From a virus (taxonomy: Duplodnaviria > Caudoviricetes), in the IMG/VR virus record IMGVR_UViG_3300020043_000557, positions 1-27,155 of that record: 27,155 bases of DNA; one strand, written 5' to 3'. The position numbers and the translations under genes were made by a program. This document shows positions 24,712 to 27,155 of the stretch, in pieces; position 1 is the first letter of the stretch; every line of letters starts with the position of its first letter. The notes beneath the pieces are model-generated. The model ran no database searches. It had not been told where the DNA came from and was given only the letters and a program-made list of their open reading frames with translations.

Positions 24712-25829
24712 TGCATGCCTTCGCTTCCGTTAGGTGTTAGGTCTGTCATCTCCATGGCTTGCTCCTGAGTGATCAACTGGAGATCAAGTAGTTCACGAAT
24801 AATTGAAAGTTCTTTAAGTGGATCTGTGCGGAGATAATTGCTATCGAGATCAAACTTGACGATGTTGCCACGAGCTGTGATGTCATCCATTGATAGACGA
24901 TCTTCGATGGCGGATACGAAAGGTTGCAAAGATAGTGTGAGGAACTGAAGCCTCTCGTCTTGGACGTTTGCATACGTCATTGTCGTGTTCTGATCTGCTG
25001 AAACGTAATAAGGAGGGACGTTGCAAAGGCGAGCGATCTCAGTAGCAAGATTCTGAATTGCTTCGTTGTACATCATGTCTTTAGGGCTGAATCCAACTGT
25101 CTCGTAATTTAAAGTCGAGGTGAGATAGGCAGTCGAACGATTTTGACGAGCGTTCTTGAAGGCTGCAAGGAGTCCCTGGACTTCTGCTGGAGGTAGGTCT
25201 GCGCCTGTGTTCTTAAGGTAGCCAGTAGGCATTGGGGTTGCCGCTGCGATTACTGAAGCCTTCTGGATGTCCAGAGCTGCACGAATAGTTGATGTTCCAG
25301 TATTGAGAATGCCATCGCTAAGTGACTGAAATGTGATCAGTGAACCGAGGCCGTCCATTGGTACTGTCGTACCATCGATAGCGTAAGACTTAACGAATAC
25401 GTTGTCACGATCAAGTGTGGCAGTTACGCGACTATTAGCGACCCACTCGAAGCGAGATGGGCGGCCGTCTTCCTGGTAAGTCTCAACGACCTGCCAAAAG
25501 GCCTGTCCGTAGAATAGAAGTGAATCAACTGTGTAAGCAATAGTTACAGAACGTGGCTGAGAATAAGAAGGTTGATCGAGCCAAAGTGGTTTGCCTAATT
25601 TTTCGCCAGTTGATTTCTTGTATAGCTCGAGTGGGATTGTTCCAATCGTTCCCGCTAAAAGGTTTCTGCACCTGGCTAACGCAGGCACGCCCATTGCTTC
25701 TGTGCGTCCGACATAAGCGAATTGAAACGGCATCGCATAAGGCGAATACTCACCTAAGACCTGCGGTGCATATTGCGCTTCGACATTGGTCTTTGGTGTT
25801 GCACCTGTAAGGCGCGAAAGGATACCCAT
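24708..25829 (-). CDS. Portal protein (HK97-type)
   Basis: RCRNLLAGTIGTIPL, LLFYGQAFW, TMTYANVQDE; start set at MGILSRL. Confidence 0.9.
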   Translation of the reverse strand: MGILSRLTGATPKTNVEAQYAPQVLGEYSPYAMPFQFAYVGRTEAMGVPALARCRNLLAGTIGTIPLELYKKSTGEKLGKPLWLDQPSYSQPRSVTIAYTVDSLLFYGQAFWQVVETYQEDGRPSRFEWVANSRVTATLDRDNVFVKSYAIDGTTVPMDGLGSLITFQSLSDGILNTGTSTIRAALDIQKASVIAAATPMPTGYLKNTGADLPPAEVQGLLAAFKNARQNRSTAYLTSTLNYETVGFSPKDMMYNEAIQNLATEIARLCNVPPYYVSADQNTTMTYANVQDERLQFLTLSLQPFVSAIEDRLSMDDITARGNIVKFDLDSNYLRTDPLKELSIIRELLDLQLITQEQAMEMTDLTPNGSEGMQ

Positions 25830-25849
25830 AGACCGCAATTATACACTAC
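25830..25849 (-). promoter_or_regulatory. Putative late promoter, TATAAT -10 element (leaderless portal mRNA)
   Basis: GTAGTGTATAATTGC identical to A; same 8-nt spacing to the ATG. Confidence 0.65.
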
Positions 25850-25857
25850 ATGTTGTG

Positions 25858-27153
25858 CTATTCGGTGTATATAGCCGCTACCTGTTGTGGCTTCAATAGC
25901 ATTGATACAACCATTGCAAGACCGATAGGCGCTGAGATATCGCCTGCACTCTTACGCTTTACGATGCGCCATGATGAGTCATTGACTTTAGCCGCGCAGT
26001 TATTCATCTGCTGGATCAACTCGGCTTGGCCGTTATGCACTACGCGATGATTGACTAGACCATCGAGAAGGTCAGAGCAAGCCTGATAGAACTGCTGGCC
26101 TGATACGTCTTGCGTTACTTGTCCAGCATTGGCAAGGCGCTCGCTAATTGATTGCGTTGCGTACTTGTCGTAGCAGATCATCTTAGGTCGATATTGATCA
26201 GCCCATCCCTTAATGTCAGCTGCGATCTTTAAGTCATCGACCGAGACTTGGCTCTCCCACGTCTGGAGAATCCCGACGCCGATTCTTCCGTCACCCATAA
26301 TCTGACCAGCAACGAGGCTCGCATTGCGGCGAGATGGAGATACATCGAAGCCAAATACTGTATAGCCACCGATCGGAATCTGGAGCGTGGCATCGGAAGT
26401 TTCCTCAAGTACGCCATGAGGCCATGGACTCTGTAGAGAATCAATCCATTGACATAAAAGTTCAGTCCTAGTGTCTTCAATTTTGTTAGTTGCCACAGCT
26501 TCTTCAAGTGATTCCTCCGTTATCGTATGACCGAGAGCAGGATTGGCTAGCGCCCATCCGTTGCGGTCGGTGATCTTGCAGTATTGCGGTGCTGAGTATT
26601 CATAGAATCCGAAGGACTTAGGCGGTGATTCAAGGGCACGTGTTCTCAAATTATTTAGGGTTTCTGAAAATGCATCACCAGCGTTGCTACTCAAGAAGGT
26701 CTGGCTGTTAGCCCTTGCACGAGTCGTAGGGATTGCAGCTGTGTAGCCTTCCTTGCTGATCTCTCGAACTTCATCGATCCAGAGAAAGTCTGCTGTGCGT
26801 CCACGAGATGAGTCACGCGTATCTGATACCAGGTCAAGTGTTGCTCCGTTCAGAAGCTCTATGCGCTCACCGCCGTTGGCGTATCGGATCGCTTTAGTAC
26901 CAGCCTTTAAGTGTGGAGTGTTCTCGATAATCCAAGCAATCTCACGAAAGGTCATGAGGGCAGTCGCTCGATTGGAAGACATGATTAGATGCTTCATTTC
27001 GCCTCCATAGAACAGCCCCCAGATGACACGCATGCGTCCTAAATGGGACTTGCCATTCTGGCGTGCTACTAATAGCAAGCATGTCTTACGAATGTAATTG
27101 CCTTTAGCGTCAATACGCATCATGTCATCTAGAACCCACTTCTGCCACGGCAT
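25858..27153 (-). CDS. terL: Terminase large subunit (5' end probably beyond the window edge)
   Basis: PWQ adenine-binding motif, Walker A VARQNGKS, Walker B LWIDE, ANPALG, nuclease FGFDVS and DISAPIG. Confidence 0.95.
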   Translation of the reverse strand: MPWQKWVLDDMMRIDAKGNYIRKTCLLLVARQNGKSHLGRMRVIWGLFYGGEMKHLIMSSNRATALMTFREIAWIIENTPHLKAGTKAIRYANGGERIELLNGATLDLVSDTRDSSRGRTADFLWIDEVREISKEGYTAAIPTTRARANSQTFLSSNAGDAFSETLNNLRTRALESPPKSFGFYEYSAPQYCKITDRNGWALANPALGHTITEESLEEAVATNKIEDTRTELLCQWIDSLQSPWPHGVLEETSDATLQIPIGGYTVFGFDVSPSRRNASLVAGQIMGDGRIGVGILQTWESQVSVDDLKIAADIKGWADQYRPKMICYDKYATQSISERLANAGQVTQDVSGQQFYQACSDLLDGLVNHRVVHNGQAELIQQMNNCAAKVNDSSWRIVKRKSAGDISAPIGLAMVVSMLLKPQQVAAIYTE

Positions 27154-27155
27154 TA

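Larger units (their letters stand above)
11868..27155 (-). mobile_element. Phage genome segment B (related miniature phage, most of a genome), inverted relative to A
   Basis: Same gene order on the - strand plus early DNA-metabolism genes; synonymous and amino-acid differences from A throughout. Confidence 0.93.

Noticed and set aside
1539-27010. Numerous antisense or alternate-frame ORFs in the track (e.g. 1539-2084, 3661-4143, 5244-5708, 9241-9543, 9876-10247, 13010-13426, 20147-20530)
   Set aside because: They are shadows of well-supported genes; their similarity between arms follows from conservation of the sense gene, and they lack SDs or motifs.
1-27155. Fold-back (self-inverted) read or assembly duplication of a single genome
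   Set aside because: The arms differ by codon-aware synonymous changes, divergent capsids and non-homologous holins, so they are two different genomes.
1-27155. tRNA, rRNA or alternative genetic code
   Set aside because: No cloverleaf or rRNA-like segment was seen by eye, and genes are full-length and tightly packed under the standard code with all three stop codons used.

Overview
The whole window is tailed-phage (siphovirus-like) DNA. It holds two related but clearly distinct miniature phage genome segments joined tail-to-tail in inverted orientation. Segment A (+ strand, 1..~11877) runs from the terminase C-terminus through portal, fused prohead protease-major capsid, neck and tail genes, tape measure, minor tail and Gly-rich proteins, lysis genes and a metallophosphoesterase. 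It stops 14 codons into its first conserved early gene. Segment B (- strand, 27155..~11868) has the same gene order plus a compact early module: DUF6378-like protein, Rad52/Sak-like annealing protein, Zn-finger protein, PD-(D/E)xK resolvase, FmdB Zn-ribbon and a secreted transglycosylase-like gene. That last gene is cut at the same junction. Gene content, leaderless-type promoters and about 45-50% GC (by eye) suggest small phages of streamlined freshwater Actinobacteria (inference). Because both genomes are present, they can be compared directly. This reveals an unannotated -1 frameshift, conserved micro-ORFs, a probable internal capsid start, swapped head and holin modules, covarying hairpins with complementary AAGGG/UGCCCUU loops, and candidate host-regulator boxes (a perfect CRP/GlxR site and a GTNAY-n6-GTNAY repeat). 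The A/B fusion may be a library or assembly chimera rather than a natural molecule. No polymerase, primase, helicase, integrase, tRNA or CRISPR array is visible. All identities are by-eye counts and no database search was run.
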